Part shown: positions 36,178 to 45,366 of the stretch, piece by piece
Numbering within the stretch: the first letter of the stretch is position 1
How the letters are laid out: each line of letters opens with the position of its first letter
Virus record (IMG/VR): IMGVR_UViG_3300044641_009778
From: an uncultured virus (IMG/VR IMGVR_UViG_3300044641_009778)
Lineage: Duplodnaviria; Heunggongvirae; Uroviricota; Caudoviricetes
Reading direction: 5' to 3' (one strand)
DNA length: 64,000 nt
Program-made: the position numbers and the translations under genes
The notes under the pieces: model-generated
Told to the model about the DNA's origin: nothing
What the model saw: the letters and a program-made list of their open reading frames with translations, nothing else
Database searches by the model: none

Positions 36178-36602
36178 TCTTTATATCCTCTTTTCTTGCC
36201 AATGTTATATTTGGTTTGAAGATTCCACTGCTGCTTTTCTTCGTAGTTAAGAATTTTAATCTGACTCAATGGAGCCTGATCTTCAAACTTCTCTGCGTTA
36301 TATATCGTGATCAGGCCCCAGTCCGACAATAATTTTGCTATGCTGTTACGACGCTGAATATCGTTCTTGCTGAGGTCTGCGGCCTTGCCATCGAGGGCAA
36401 ACAGCTCTTTGAAATGTACAATGAAGTAATGTCCTTGCTTGTGCAGGATATGACAGCTCTGATACAGGGTATTGTCGCGGCGGCTGGCCACACCAATGCG
36501 TGTCAGCGTCTCACGAACCTTCAAAAAGTCATCGGGCTGATTGAGTTTGACCTCCAACGGAGCATAGTCAAACGGCAAATCTAATTTAAAAAAGTCATTC
36601 AT
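36174..36602 (-). CDS. regA: translational repressor RegA
   Basis: DDFLKVRETLTRIGVAS, QSCHILHKQG, VHFKELF. Confidence 0.97.
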   Translation of the reverse strand: MNDFFKLDLPFDYAPLEVKLNQPDDFLKVRETLTRIGVASRRDNTLYQSCHILHKQGHYFIVHFKELFALDGKAADLSKNDIQRRNSIAKLLSDWGLITIYNAEKFEDQAPLSQIKILNYEEKQQWNLQTKYNIGKKRGYKE

Positions 36603-36627
36603 GTAACCACCCTTATCTACAGGGCAG

Positions 36628-37065
36628 TTATCCGCCCCGATTCAGTCTGGATTTTATTGTTTTGATCTGGGTGTCAGACAACAAGGGCAATACTTGACGA
36701 GCCTTTTCTTTGCTATAGCCATAGTATTCCTGGATTGTGTCCAGCACTTCAACCGTTTCGGCTTTCAACCACTTGTTGTAACGCTTGCGTGGTCTAATGG
36801 TATTTATAAGAAAATCGAATTGGAGAAGTCTATCCAGGTGAGGGCGACTGTTCATTTCGTTGGCATAGATCGCAGTATCGGCGCCGAAGCTCAGGCCACG
36901 ATTGATGATGTAGGGATTGTACTGCTTCTCGCTCCACTCATCTACGATCAGAGATTCTTTGCTGTGATGAATAGCGTTGATGAAATCAAAAGGACTGATG
37001 CTGGGTTTCTTCCAGACTTCTTCTTCCTTGGCGGCTTCGACATCAAATCCCAGTGCATTTTTCAT
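36628..37065 (-). CDS. 62: clamp loader small subunit
   Basis: SPFDFINAI, YNPYIINRGLS, RPRKRYNKW. Confidence 0.9.
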   Translation of the reverse strand: MKNALGFDVEAAKEEEVWKKPSISPFDFINAIHHSKESLIVDEWSEKQYNPYIINRGLSFGADTAIYANEMNSRPHLDRLLQFDFLINTIRPRKRYNKWLKAETVEVLDTIQEYYGYSKEKARQVLPLLSDTQIKTIKSRLNRGG

Positions 37066-37253
37066 TTCAAGAAATCCTCGGCTTCTTCGTCGGTCAGGGG
37101 TCGTTGCACAATGGTGAACAGCAAGGGCATGCCGTCGGGTCCGCGACGCAGTAGAAGCTGTCGCAGAAACTTTTCGCCCTGTAGTCGCCACAGCGGCGAA
37201 TTAAGTATGGTAAAGCCGCAGTCGTCGGCCAATTTTCTAATGTGATCGTTCAT
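37062..37253 (-). CDS. hypothetical protein
   Basis: Coupled ORF. Confidence 0.55.
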   Translation of the reverse strand: MNDHIRKLADDCGFTILNSPLWRLQGEKFLRQLLLRRGPDGMPLLFTIVQRPLTDEEAEDFLK

Positions 37254-37552
37254 GTCAACATCCTTATTAGGCCAACAGCATCAATGGTTACTAACAATAG
37301 ATAGTTAGCCAACATGCCAAAAGATTTCCGGCTATAACTAGCCCAAGCATAGATGGCACAACCAGTAATCCACACAGGATAAAGTACCAAGAGGGGAGGT
37401 GCTGGTACGGTAAGTGCCATTGTAATAGCACACCCAATACTAATGAGCCAAGCAAGACACTCGGCAGTAAAGCGAGCAGGATAACTCCGATAGTCACGAC
37501 GAATCCAATCAAAGATGTCACATAGGATGTTGTTCACAGATTCTGCGCCCAA
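37250..37552 (-). CDS. membrane protein
   Basis: Three TM helices. Confidence 0.65.
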   Translation of the reverse strand: MGAESVNNILCDIFDWIRRDYRSYPARFTAECLAWLISIGCAITMALTVPAPPLLVLYPVWITGCAIYAWASYSRKSFGMLANYLLLVTIDAVGLIRMLT

Positions 37553-37752
37553 TTAGGACCTACATAATAGTCTAGCACCTTTTCCATGCCAGTCAATAGA
37601 TTTCTGTAGTAATCAATGTCGCGCTGTATGCCTTCGCTGCGATGTTCGATGCGCTCCAGTCGACAAATGTCGTCAATCATCGACCGATAGTCGCCCAACA
37701 AGCGTCCACGAAACAACCCATCAAATGTATCATCATCTACGTCAATCAGCAT
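37534..37752 (-). CDS. hypothetical protein
   Basis: GGAG RBS before MLIDV. Confidence 0.55.
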   Translation of the reverse strand: MLIDVDDDTFDGLFRGRLLGDYRSMIDDICRLERIEHRSEGIQRDIDYYRNLLTGMEKVLDYYVGPNWAQNL

Positions 37753-37951
37753 CTTGAACTCCAAAGTAGGTTTTAATCTTGTCAACATAGGTGCTGGCTG
37801 GCTCGCGGCAGACTACAGCATCCGCAACAACCCCAGCACACGCTCTTACTATGCGCTCGCCATAGCGTTGCAGCGCAGCTTCATCCCAGCCATCCGGCGT
37901 ACCCTGACTGTATAAACCTTCTTCATAGGCAATGTTTAGCAAGGGTGTCAT
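37742..37951 (-). CDS. hypothetical protein
   Basis: ATGA overlap with gene 44. Confidence 0.55.
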   Translation of the reverse strand: MTPLLNIAYEEGLYSQGTPDGWDEAALQRYGERIVRACAGVVADAVVCREPASTYVDKIKTYFGVQDAD

Positions 37952-38889
37952 TTGAACTCGCAGGCTGCCATGATTTCCGTGAGACAAGCCACCAGATTAA
38001 TTTCCTGGTCGGCTACAAAGGCTGACTTGTACTGATAGTCAGCCAACAGCAGAATTAACTGCGGGACCTGCTTGACATGATCAGTCAATTGTTCATAGAG
38101 TCTGCGGAATATGGTCTGCGGATCGCTGTCCTGATTGTTTACTACCCAGCCGCGCATCTTCTTGAAGTCTTTTTCTCGCAGAGCTTCTACGAGCTCCTTT
38201 AAATTGACTTCCGACAGACTGCTTAACACACCTTCGTCAATCGCACCGCCGCTGCTATAACGCTGCAGTTCGTTTAGGATGCGGCGATAGTCCGGAAAAA
38301 AGCGTTCAATGAGTCGCGCCACACTCTTGGCATCGGCAGCGATACCTTCGGCTTCGAGTATCTCCATGGCTCGACGATGAAACTGCGCAGCAATCTTAGG
38401 ACGATCCGACTTGGCCATTTTAAATTCAATGACCGTGGTTCGACTATGCAAGGGCGCAATGATGCGATGCTTGAAATTGCAGGTAAAGATGAAACGACAA
38501 TTTTTGCTAAACTCTTCGATAAAGCCTCGCAGCGCAGGCTGAGTACTGTTGGGATTGAGATAGTCGGCCTCATCCAGGATCACCACCTTAATCTTACCAC
38601 TGAAACTCACCGAGCTCGCAAAGTTTCTAATCTTGGTGCGCAGCATGTCGATGCCGCTTTCTTCGGAACCGTTGATGACAATGTAGTCACAACCTAGCTG
38701 TTCACAGAGTGCGCGCGCCACTGTAGTCTTGCCCATGCCGGCGCCACCACAGAGCAGCATGTTGGGAATTTCATCCTTTTCAAGAAACTGATTAAATACT
38801 GCGCGTTGATCTTCGGGCAGGATGCAGTCGTCGATGCTGCGCGGACGATAGCGTTCTACCCAGAGAAATTCATCGGACTTACTGTGCAT
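37948..38889 (-). CDS. 44: clamp loader ATPase subunit
   Basis: LWVERYRP, GGAGMGKTT, ILDEAD, LHSR. Confidence 0.97.
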   Translation of the reverse strand: MHSKSDEFLWVERYRPRSIDDCILPEDQRAVFNQFLEKDEIPNMLLCGGAGMGKTTVARALCEQLGCDYIVINGSEESGIDMLRTKIRNFASSVSFSGKIKVVILDEADYLNPNSTQPALRGFIEEFSKNCRFIFTCNFKHRIIAPLHSRTTVIEFKMAKSDRPKIAAQFHRRAMEILEAEGIAADAKSVARLIERFFPDYRRILNELQRYSSGGAIDEGVLSSLSEVNLKELVEALREKDFKKMRGWVVNNQDSDPQTIFRRLYEQLTDHVKQVPQLILLLADYQYKSAFVADQEINLVACLTEIMAACEFK

Positions 38890-39106
38890 TGTTGCTCCGC
38901 AGTTGATTTTTAGATATTAGTTCACTGACTTGGCCATCGTACATATGATGAACTTCTAGCTGCATGCCTATGGCTCGCAACCAGGTATTGAGATTGTCGC
39001 ACAAGGCGCCGTAGTCGGCGTTCTCAAAACTAACATCGACGTCTAGTTCAGTATTGCCGCTGTGTTCGTTGCTTTTTGTGTAGTGTAGACGAAATTGAGT
39101 GGGCAT
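38879..39106 (-). CDS. hypothetical protein
   Basis: GAGG RBS. Confidence 0.55.
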   Translation of the reverse strand: MPTQFRLHYTKSNEHSGNTELDVDVSFENADYGALCDNLNTWLRAIGMQLEVHHMYDGQVSELISKNQLRSNNAQ

Positions 39107-39107
39107 A

Positions 39108-39767
39108 TTATACCTCGCTCGCAGGTTCCAGAGCTAACCAATAGGCCAGATCCTTGGTGGCGTGCTTGAAATGCAGGAACTTCAATTTGCTGAGCGTGAT
39201 GTGATATGCGTCCGGCACCAGCTTGAGTCGCTCCACCGGCAGGATACAATTGAAGCTATGCTCACTGGTACCCACGGTGCGGGTATAGTTGTTGCTGTTG
39301 GGTGTGGTGCTATCACCCATGGTCAAGGTCACCTGACCCTGCACACTCTTAAGGATTACATTTTTTGCCGACGTAATGGCCGCTGCTTTGTTCAGCATTT
39401 CAACTTCGGCCTTGGTCATGTCGAATTCAAAATGCGGCTCTACCGGAATGTTCTTGCCAGCTTCGGGCGCTACAATTACTGTGGGCTCGGCATAGTAATA
39501 TTCAAACTTGCCGCCGTCTTTGCTTACCGTAAGACTGCGATCACCGAAGTCGATGTCCTGATCCTCCATGAGAGTAAGCAGAGCCAGGAAGCTGTTCAGA
39601 TCATAGATGTTGAACTCACGCGGAAAAGTTTCTGCAACTGTGGCGCGAGCAAATACATCCTTGCCGGGGCTGATGGTGCTGATCACCGATCCTGGATGGA
39701 TGCGAACATTCTGATTGATGGTGGCAAAGTTCTTTAGAACATTGATGGTGTCGGTACTGAGTTTCAT
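39108..39767 (-). CDS. 45: sliding clamp
   Basis: MKLSTDTINVLKNFATIN, IYDLNSFL, YWLALE. Confidence 0.95.
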   Translation of the reverse strand: MKLSTDTINVLKNFATINQNVRIHPGSVISTISPGKDVFARATVAETFPREFNIYDLNSFLALLTLMEDQDIDFGDRSLTVSKDGGKFEYYYAEPTVIVAPEAGKNIPVEPHFEFDMTKAEVEMLNKAAAITSAKNVILKSVQGQVTLTMGDSTTPNSNNYTRTVGTSEHSFNCILPVERLKLVPDAYHITLSKLKFLHFKHATKDLAYWLALEPASEV

Positions 39768-40183
39768 TGGTCTCCCTCCTTGGGTGTATTCGTTGAGTCA
39801 TGCACATGAAGTGCTATCAATGCATAGTGTAGCACCTTCATCAAGTCCTGTCGATTGTATCCGTCTTTTTTTCCGTAGCGTTGCGCATATTTCATTACGT
39901 TACCAAGAGCAAAGCCCATGCCGTGTCCGCTGTCGATGATGAACTCTGTGGCCTGGAATCGGTTCTGTGCGTAGTGCTGTGTATAGGTTTTATCGACATA
40001 GGAACGAACCTGAGACAATAGTCGGTCTTCGTTGAACTTATACTTGGGCCGAAAGATATCTTCCTTGGGCAGTTCTTTTTCCAGGCGACGTACTTCGTCG
40101 CTCTTGATTTGTCTCACCGGTGGCTCGGCCATGTAATCATACTGCGACGTATCGCCGATCTTCCAGCTATGCTCTTCTTTCAT
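39764..40183 (-). CDS. DUF3310/SaV-like (T7 gp1.7-like) protein
   Basis: HY...GFALGNVMKYAQRYGKK...DLMKVLHY. Confidence 0.8.
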   Translation of the reverse strand: MKEEHSWKIGDTSQYDYMAEPPVRQIKSDEVRRLEKELPKEDIFRPKYKFNEDRLLSQVRSYVDKTYTQHYAQNRFQATEFIIDSGHGMGFALGNVMKYAQRYGKKDGYNRQDLMKVLHYALIALHVHDSTNTPKEGDQ

Positions 40184-40198
40184 GGTTACTCCTAGAAT

Positions 40199-40230
40199 AA
40201 AAAAGGAGAGTGGCATCTAGCACACTCTCC
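40199..40230 (-). terminator. intrinsic terminator
   Basis: GGAGAGTG/CACTCTCC plus T6. Confidence 0.75.
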
Positions 40231-40247
40231 AAAACCCCTGAGGAGGG

Positions 40248-41423
40248 TTAAAACGGAACTTCTTCGGTGGGATCCGGAGTCACTGCAACCTCGGGTGCAG
40301 CTTCTGCGACCGCCGGAGCGTCGACCTTGCTGTAGAGATCCAGGAAGGCTGCTTTGGTCTCGGCATCGAATCTGTTGATGCAGAGCTCAATGGCCTTGTT
40401 GCGATCATTGAACATGGCAAAGGCCTTGATGATGTGCAGCAAACGTCGAGTGCTGATCAGTTCATCTACGCCGCCTTCTTCGAAGGTCCGACGAATAATT
40501 TCTGCCCAGCCTACGAGCTTCTCAACAAAGTCTTCGTCCAGGCAATTCAGTTCCTGCATCTTCAGCGTCAGGATCTTCTTCTCGACCTTGCTGCCCGGGA
40601 ACTCCTGTTCTACGGTAATGGCAAAGCGTTCCAGAAATGCTTCGTCGATGATTTGTGCTGCAATGAAGCGCCCATCGTCGGTGCCCTTGCCTTTGGTGTT
40701 GGCAGTAGCCACGATGTTGAAGCCTGCGGCCGGATGCACAATTTCGCCGGTCTTCTTATTCATGTACGGCTTGCCTTCCATGATGGCCTGCAGGCACATC
40801 AATTTATTGCTGCCGCGGTCACATTCGTCAATCAACAGGATGGCACCGCGCTTCATGGCAGTCAACACCGGGCCTTCGCGATACACTACATTGCCGTCGA
40901 TCAGGGTATTGCCGCCGATCAAATCATCTTCATCAGTTTCGATGCTGATGTTGACTCGGAGACATTCGCGCTTGAGTTCTGCACAAACCTGCTCCACCAT
41001 GGTGGTCTTACCATTGCCGCTGAGGCCGGTAATAAACACCGGATAGAAGATCTTACTGGCCAGGATCTTTTTAAGATCTCTATGGAAGCCAAAGGATACG
41101 TAGTTCTGATCTATGCGCGGTACTGCGTCGTCCAAGGTCGTCTCCATTTTTTTCTGGCGCACCAAGGGCACAACCTGCGCAGCCAGCGCTGCTGCTTCTT
41201 CTTCTACCGCAGTACGGGCAGCGGTATTCTTCGGCAACAGCAGTTCTAGATCATACATGCCTCGACCAGACTTCAGTGCTGCATTGTCGATGATGAAGCG
41301 AGGGTAGGGAAGATTTTGATAATGTGCTTCTTGAATAATTTCGCCGCGGCTTACTGCGGTACCGAAACCCTTGATCAGATGATCAACAAATTGTGCTTTT
41401 TCAGCGTCAGTCCATTTACTCAT
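40248..41423 (-). CDS. cobS: CobS/MoxR-like AAA+ ATPase
   Basis: GLSGNGKT, LLIDE, TANTKGKG, EAFLERF. Confidence 0.9.
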   Translation of the reverse strand: MSKWTDAEKAQFVDHLIKGFGTAVSRGEIIQEAHYQNLPYPRFIIDNAALKSGRGMYDLELLLPKNTAARTAVEEEAAALAAQVVPLVRQKKMETTLDDAVPRIDQNYVSFGFHRDLKKILASKIFYPVFITGLSGNGKTTMVEQVCAELKRECLRVNISIETDEDDLIGGNTLIDGNVVYREGPVLTAMKRGAILLIDECDRGSNKLMCLQAIMEGKPYMNKKTGEIVHPAAGFNIVATANTKGKGTDDGRFIAAQIIDEAFLERFAITVEQEFPGSKVEKKILTLKMQELNCLDEDFVEKLVGWAEIIRRTFEEGGVDELISTRRLLHIIKAFAMFNDRNKAIELCINRFDAETKAAFLDLYSKVDAPAVAEAAPEVAVTPDPTEEVPF

Positions 41424-41459
41424 AATATATTACCTCCTCAGGTATTCACAACATCTATG

Positions 41460-41487
41460 ATTATAGCACCTTGACAATCGATGTCAA
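41460..41487 (-). promoter_or_regulatory. early promoter with palindromic -35
   Basis: TTGACA-N16-TATAAT. Confidence 0.7.
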
Positions 41488-41495
41488 GCATTTTT

Positions 41496-43640
41496 TTATG
41501 CTACCTGGGCAATGAATCGCCCCAGCAGCACACGACTATTCTTCTTGTTATTCTGTAGTTTGGTAAAGGCTCGTTCGATGGTTCGCAACGATGCATTGTC
41601 ATCGACTTCGATTTCATTGTCGCTGACCGACAACGACTTACCGCCTCGGACCAAATAGTGTTCGGCATAGCCCTGATCATGACTTACAATTACACCGGTG
41701 CGACGCAGTTCGGTGCAGCGGCGCAGAAGATCGGATTCAACCTCTGCGGGATCTCGACGATCAAACAGAGCCTGCCGCACCGTACCACGACCAGGATCAG
41801 TGACGATATGAAAGCCTATGATCTTGGCACCAGTGATCTCCTGCACAAACCGAATCAATCCACGTGTGCCTTGACGGTCATGTCGAGGTATCCGCACACT
41901 CTTCTTGGTCTCGACATCAATGATGTTAAGATTGTTGTGCCGAGGATGCTCCATGCCCTTGCAATATACATGACGGCCGCCGCTGGCATCGTTCATCACC
42001 GACGCAATGCGCAACGATGTGTCGCTTTGGCCATCGGTCAGCACCACCATGTTCACAATTTCTGCGGCGGTGCGTTCTTTGAAGCGATCATATACATCGG
42101 GAAGCATTAATATGGCATCATTCAATGGTGTGCCATTGAGGTGTTCAGTGTCGGGTATCCAAGCACCAAATGCCTGGTCACGATATTTCCAACGCGGGCC
42201 ACCGTCGCGTCCCCAGGCATTGTGCAGCATGATCATGTTGCTGACCTGGCGTTTGAATTCAGTGCTGCTCATGGCGTCGCTGAAGTACTGACGCAGTTTA
42301 AAAAACTTATCACTGATGATGACATCGCCGTCTTGAAATTTAGATTTCATTGCTTCGTGACGAGCAGTTATCACATCCCAGGATTCGCCTTCGGTGAGAT
42401 TGGTGAAGCCATAGACTTCGAATTTGATGTTGACCTTGCGACAGAACTGCACCATCACCAGCATCTGTTCAATCACCGGCCCCATGTTCTCGCTCATGCT
42501 GCCACTCATGTCAAACACCATGATCATGCCATGGTTCTTACCGTTGGGCAGGCTAGTAAATCTACGAAACAGATCTTCGCTGAGTTGATAATTGTGAATC
42601 TTCTTCATATCAAGTTCGCCGCTCTTGGCTACACGGGCTCGTGCCAACTGCTGAGCAGAACGACGCATCTCGAACTGCTGCACCAAGAAGTTTACGTAGC
42701 GATCATTCTTTTCTCGAAAGTCTCGCATCACCTGAGCGCGTTGTGCTTCTTGATCATCACGGAACGCTGAAAGTTCTGACATGACCTGCTGATAGGGTGT
42801 GATGACGGGCCGGCTATCGATGCGACGGAAATAGTAATTGTAGTACGGCAGACACGCAGTATCCAAAAGATCTACTTCTTTGTTGCGGAATGCTTCGTCG
42901 GTTTCGGCATGCGGTTCTTCCTGAACCTGCTCCAGTTCATCGTCTGGACCTATGGCCGATTCTTGACTAGGCTGTGCATCGTCATCAAACAATTCTTCGC
43001 CATCCTCTTCGGTCATTTCGCCGTCGAGTTTACCATACTGCTCGGCCATCTTTTCGGCTTCTTTTTTCTTTTCTTCGAGCTCTTGCTTGCAGTGGTCAAA
43101 CAGGTCCTGAGCCAGCTGTTGCACATCTTCCCAGGTTTCCAGAGCGTGCATGCGTTCAATCCATACTGTCTCTGAACCTTGGAAGGGTACACGCAGTTGG
43201 CTGCCGACTTTGAAGTGTAGGTTAAGACGATCGATGAGCAGCATTTCGCCAATGTCTTTGTCGGCCAGACCAAAGAAGTCGCGATCCAAGAGCTGCTGAT
43301 AGGCAGCATAGAAACTTGGTCGCAGACCTGGGAATCGATTCTTGATGCGTTTTTCGATGCGAGCGTCTTCCACGATGTTCAGGAAACCTGCAAATGCTCG
43401 ACTCTTATTATTGCGAGCAATGGCATCGTGCCAACCCTCGGCCGGAGTATACAAGGCATGCCCTACTTCATGACCCACCAGCAGGTCATACAGCACACCG
43501 TCCATGTCGTTCCACACCGGCAGAGTCAATATTCGACCTTCCGGTGAGAAGCTGGCTGTGGCTACTTTGCGATGCTGGATAATTAGATCTTCGCTGGCCA
43601 GCAGTCGGGCCAATATGCTTTTACTTTGTTTCAGATCCAT
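41496..43640 (-). CDS. CobT-like metallopeptidase-VWA protein
   Basis: HEVGH, NIVEDARIE, DMSGSM, GTP, LTDG. Confidence 0.85.
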   Translation of the reverse strand: MDLKQSKSILARLLASEDLIIQHRKVATASFSPEGRILTLPVWNDMDGVLYDLLVGHEVGHALYTPAEGWHDAIARNNKSRAFAGFLNIVEDARIEKRIKNRFPGLRPSFYAAYQQLLDRDFFGLADKDIGEMLLIDRLNLHFKVGSQLRVPFQGSETVWIERMHALETWEDVQQLAQDLFDHCKQELEEKKKEAEKMAEQYGKLDGEMTEEDGEELFDDDAQPSQESAIGPDDELEQVQEEPHAETDEAFRNKEVDLLDTACLPYYNYYFRRIDSRPVITPYQQVMSELSAFRDDQEAQRAQVMRDFREKNDRYVNFLVQQFEMRRSAQQLARARVAKSGELDMKKIHNYQLSEDLFRRFTSLPNGKNHGMIMVFDMSGSMSENMGPVIEQMLVMVQFCRKVNIKFEVYGFTNLTEGESWDVITARHEAMKSKFQDGDVIISDKFFKLRQYFSDAMSSTEFKRQVSNMIMLHNAWGRDGGPRWKYRDQAFGAWIPDTEHLNGTPLNDAILMLPDVYDRFKERTAAEIVNMVVLTDGQSDTSLRIASVMNDASGGRHVYCKGMEHPRHNNLNIIDVETKKSVRIPRHDRQGTRGLIRFVQEITGAKIIGFHIVTDPGRGTVRQALFDRRDPAEVESDLLRRCTELRRTGVIVSHDQGYAEHYLVRGGKSLSVSDNEIEVDDNASLRTIERAFTKLQNNKKNSRVLLGRFIAQVA

Positions 43641-43664
43641 GACACCTCCTCAGGTAATACTATT

Positions 43665-43692
43665 ATTCTAGCACCTTGATACGCGTTGTCAA
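43665..43692 (-). promoter_or_regulatory. early promoter
   Basis: TTGACA-N16-TAGAAT. Confidence 0.7.
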
Positions 43693-43695
43693 GCA

Positions 43696-44550
43696 TCATT
43701 TCATGCAGGTTGCTCGAGCCATTTTACGCCAGTCGCCACCCATCTGCATCAGAGCCATGAGCTTGAGCAGCATTCGGATGCTTAATTCACGCAACCGATC
43801 CTGATTCTCAATCACAAAATCCATGATTTCGGTTTTCTCGGCGTCGTCCAGCATCTGGTTATCCAGCACACCGCCGGCTACAACCTGCTTCAGGCGTACA
43901 ATATAGTCTCGCTTGGTCTTGATGCCTACGTCTAGATAGTGGCTACGGCTAATCAGAGCCTGGAAGTGCGGAGCCAACTTGTTGCCTTTTTCGATTAGGT
44001 TATCAAAATCATAGTTAGTGATAAAGATAATCGAACCTTCGAATTCAAAATTGCGAGGCAAGCGTTCGCCGTCTTCGTCTTCCATCTTGGTCTCGCTCAA
44101 CCAGCTGAGTCGGCGTACTCGACTCATATCACAGGCAGCCTTGAGCAGGTTAAGACAGACATCATCTAAGAATACACTGTCAGCATCGTCGAACACCACT
44201 ACACAGTCTGGGTGACGGTTCTCATACAACATCTTATAGAGTCCGGTGGGACGAACATAGCCCTTGACGAATGTGCAGAGCTTCTGGCCTTCCATCTGAT
44301 CCATGATCTGAGTCACAGTATGACTCTTGCCTACACCAGCCGGACCAGATATGATCAGCGTCTTATTATAGCCTTTGAAGGTGGCCATGGCCATGGTATA
44401 CATGGCATCAAATTTATCGCTGAGTCGGTTAGCAATGCTGTCTTCGCTTTCTTCTTTAACCACAACCAAGGGCTGTGATATAATGTCTTTTGCTAAGGCA
44501 AGACGCTTGGCAGTCATTCTAACACCGGACCTAGGGACTCCTCTGGGCAT
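43696..44550 (-). CDS. AAA ATPase
   Basis: GPAGVGKS, VVFDDAD, IFITN, ALISR. Confidence 0.85.
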   Translation of the reverse strand: MPRGVPRSGVRMTAKRLALAKDIISQPLVVVKEESEDSIANRLSDKFDAMYTMAMATFKGYNKTLIISGPAGVGKSHTVTQIMDQMEGQKLCTFVKGYVRPTGLYKMLYENRHPDCVVVFDDADSVFLDDVCLNLLKAACDMSRVRRLSWLSETKMEDEDGERLPRNFEFEGSIIFITNYDFDNLIEKGNKLAPHFQALISRSHYLDVGIKTKRDYIVRLKQVVAGGVLDNQMLDDAEKTEIMDFVIENQDRLRELSIRMLLKLMALMQMGGDWRKMARATCMK

Positions 44551-44580
44551 TTCGACTCCTTATCTATCAATATAACAACC

Positions 44581-44608
44581 ATTGTATAGGAACGATCCGA
44601 AATGTCAA
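44581..44608 (-). promoter_or_regulatory. early promoter (repeat class)
   Basis: Identical to 18763-18790. Confidence 0.75.
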
Positions 44609-44662
44609 GCCCCGCAGAAGCCAAGCAGATCAAGGGGTTTCACACGGGGTCAGCAGAGATTG

Positions 44663-45139
44663 CTAGCGACACCACCAGTCTTCGTAGGGGAATACGACCC
44701 ATTCTTGTTCGCGATCGGCGTGGATTTCTTCGGCTACGAAGTTGGCGCTAAATTTACTAGATGGTTTTTCTAAGAGCACGGCATACCGGACCCAATGATT
44801 GAGTTCACGTTTGGCATACATGGCATCGATGGCCTGCAGAGTGCGCCCGGTGTCGTTGATGTCGTCCACCACCAGCACATCGTTGGCCATGATTAGACTC
44901 TGAGCCACCACAGCCTCGGCTCGTTTATAGGCATCGCTGTTGGGATAATCGCGAGTGCTTAATGGTAGAGCCAGCATGGGCACTTCAAAATAGTGACTAA
45001 GCATCACACCAATGCCGAGTCCGCCCCTCACAGGCGCTACAATTACTCCGGGTCGATAGCCTGCGATGGTCATCTGCTGAACAAGCGCACCGCAGTAGTT
45101 CTTGATGTCGTCGTTGGTTATGAAGCGTTTCTTTGTCAT
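44663..45139 (-). CDS. type I phosphoribosyltransferase
   Basis: VRGG, VLVVDDINDTGRT, WVVFPYE. Confidence 0.9.
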   Translation of the reverse strand: MTKKRFITNDDIKNYCGALVQQMTIAGYRPGVIVAPVRGGLGIGVMLSHYFEVPMLALPLSTRDYPNSDAYKRAEAVVAQSLIMANDVLVVDDINDTGRTLQAIDAMYAKRELNHWVRYAVLLEKPSSKFSANFVAEEIHADREQEWVVFPYEDWWCR

Positions 45140-45366
45140 GATCTAGTAATCGCAGTAATTTTATCAATCTGTTTCTGAATCACAGGCGCACGATTGGGCC
45201 AGTGTATATAATCCTTGTCGGGATTCTTCATTAGGTTTTTGAGCAACGGTAATATCAGAGCTTCTACCTGCTGTAATTTGTTCTTGGTTTCATCTACCTG
45301 AGCTTGAACCTCGGTGGGGTCAAAATCTACGGCGGTAAAACCAAAGTCGAAATCGTCGTCGTTCAT
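45136..45366 (-). CDS. conserved T4-like hypothetical protein
   Basis: DFDFGFTAVD...PLLKNL..NPDKDYIHWPNR. Confidence 0.75.
   Translation of the reverse strand: MNDDDFDFGFTAVDFDPTEVQAQVDETKNKLQQVEALILPLLKNLMKNPDKDYIHWPNRAPVIQKQIDKITAITRS

Noticed and set aside
40248..43640. Cobalamin biosynthesis
   Set aside because: No cobN or other cob genes; best read as a MoxR-type AAA+/VWA pair.
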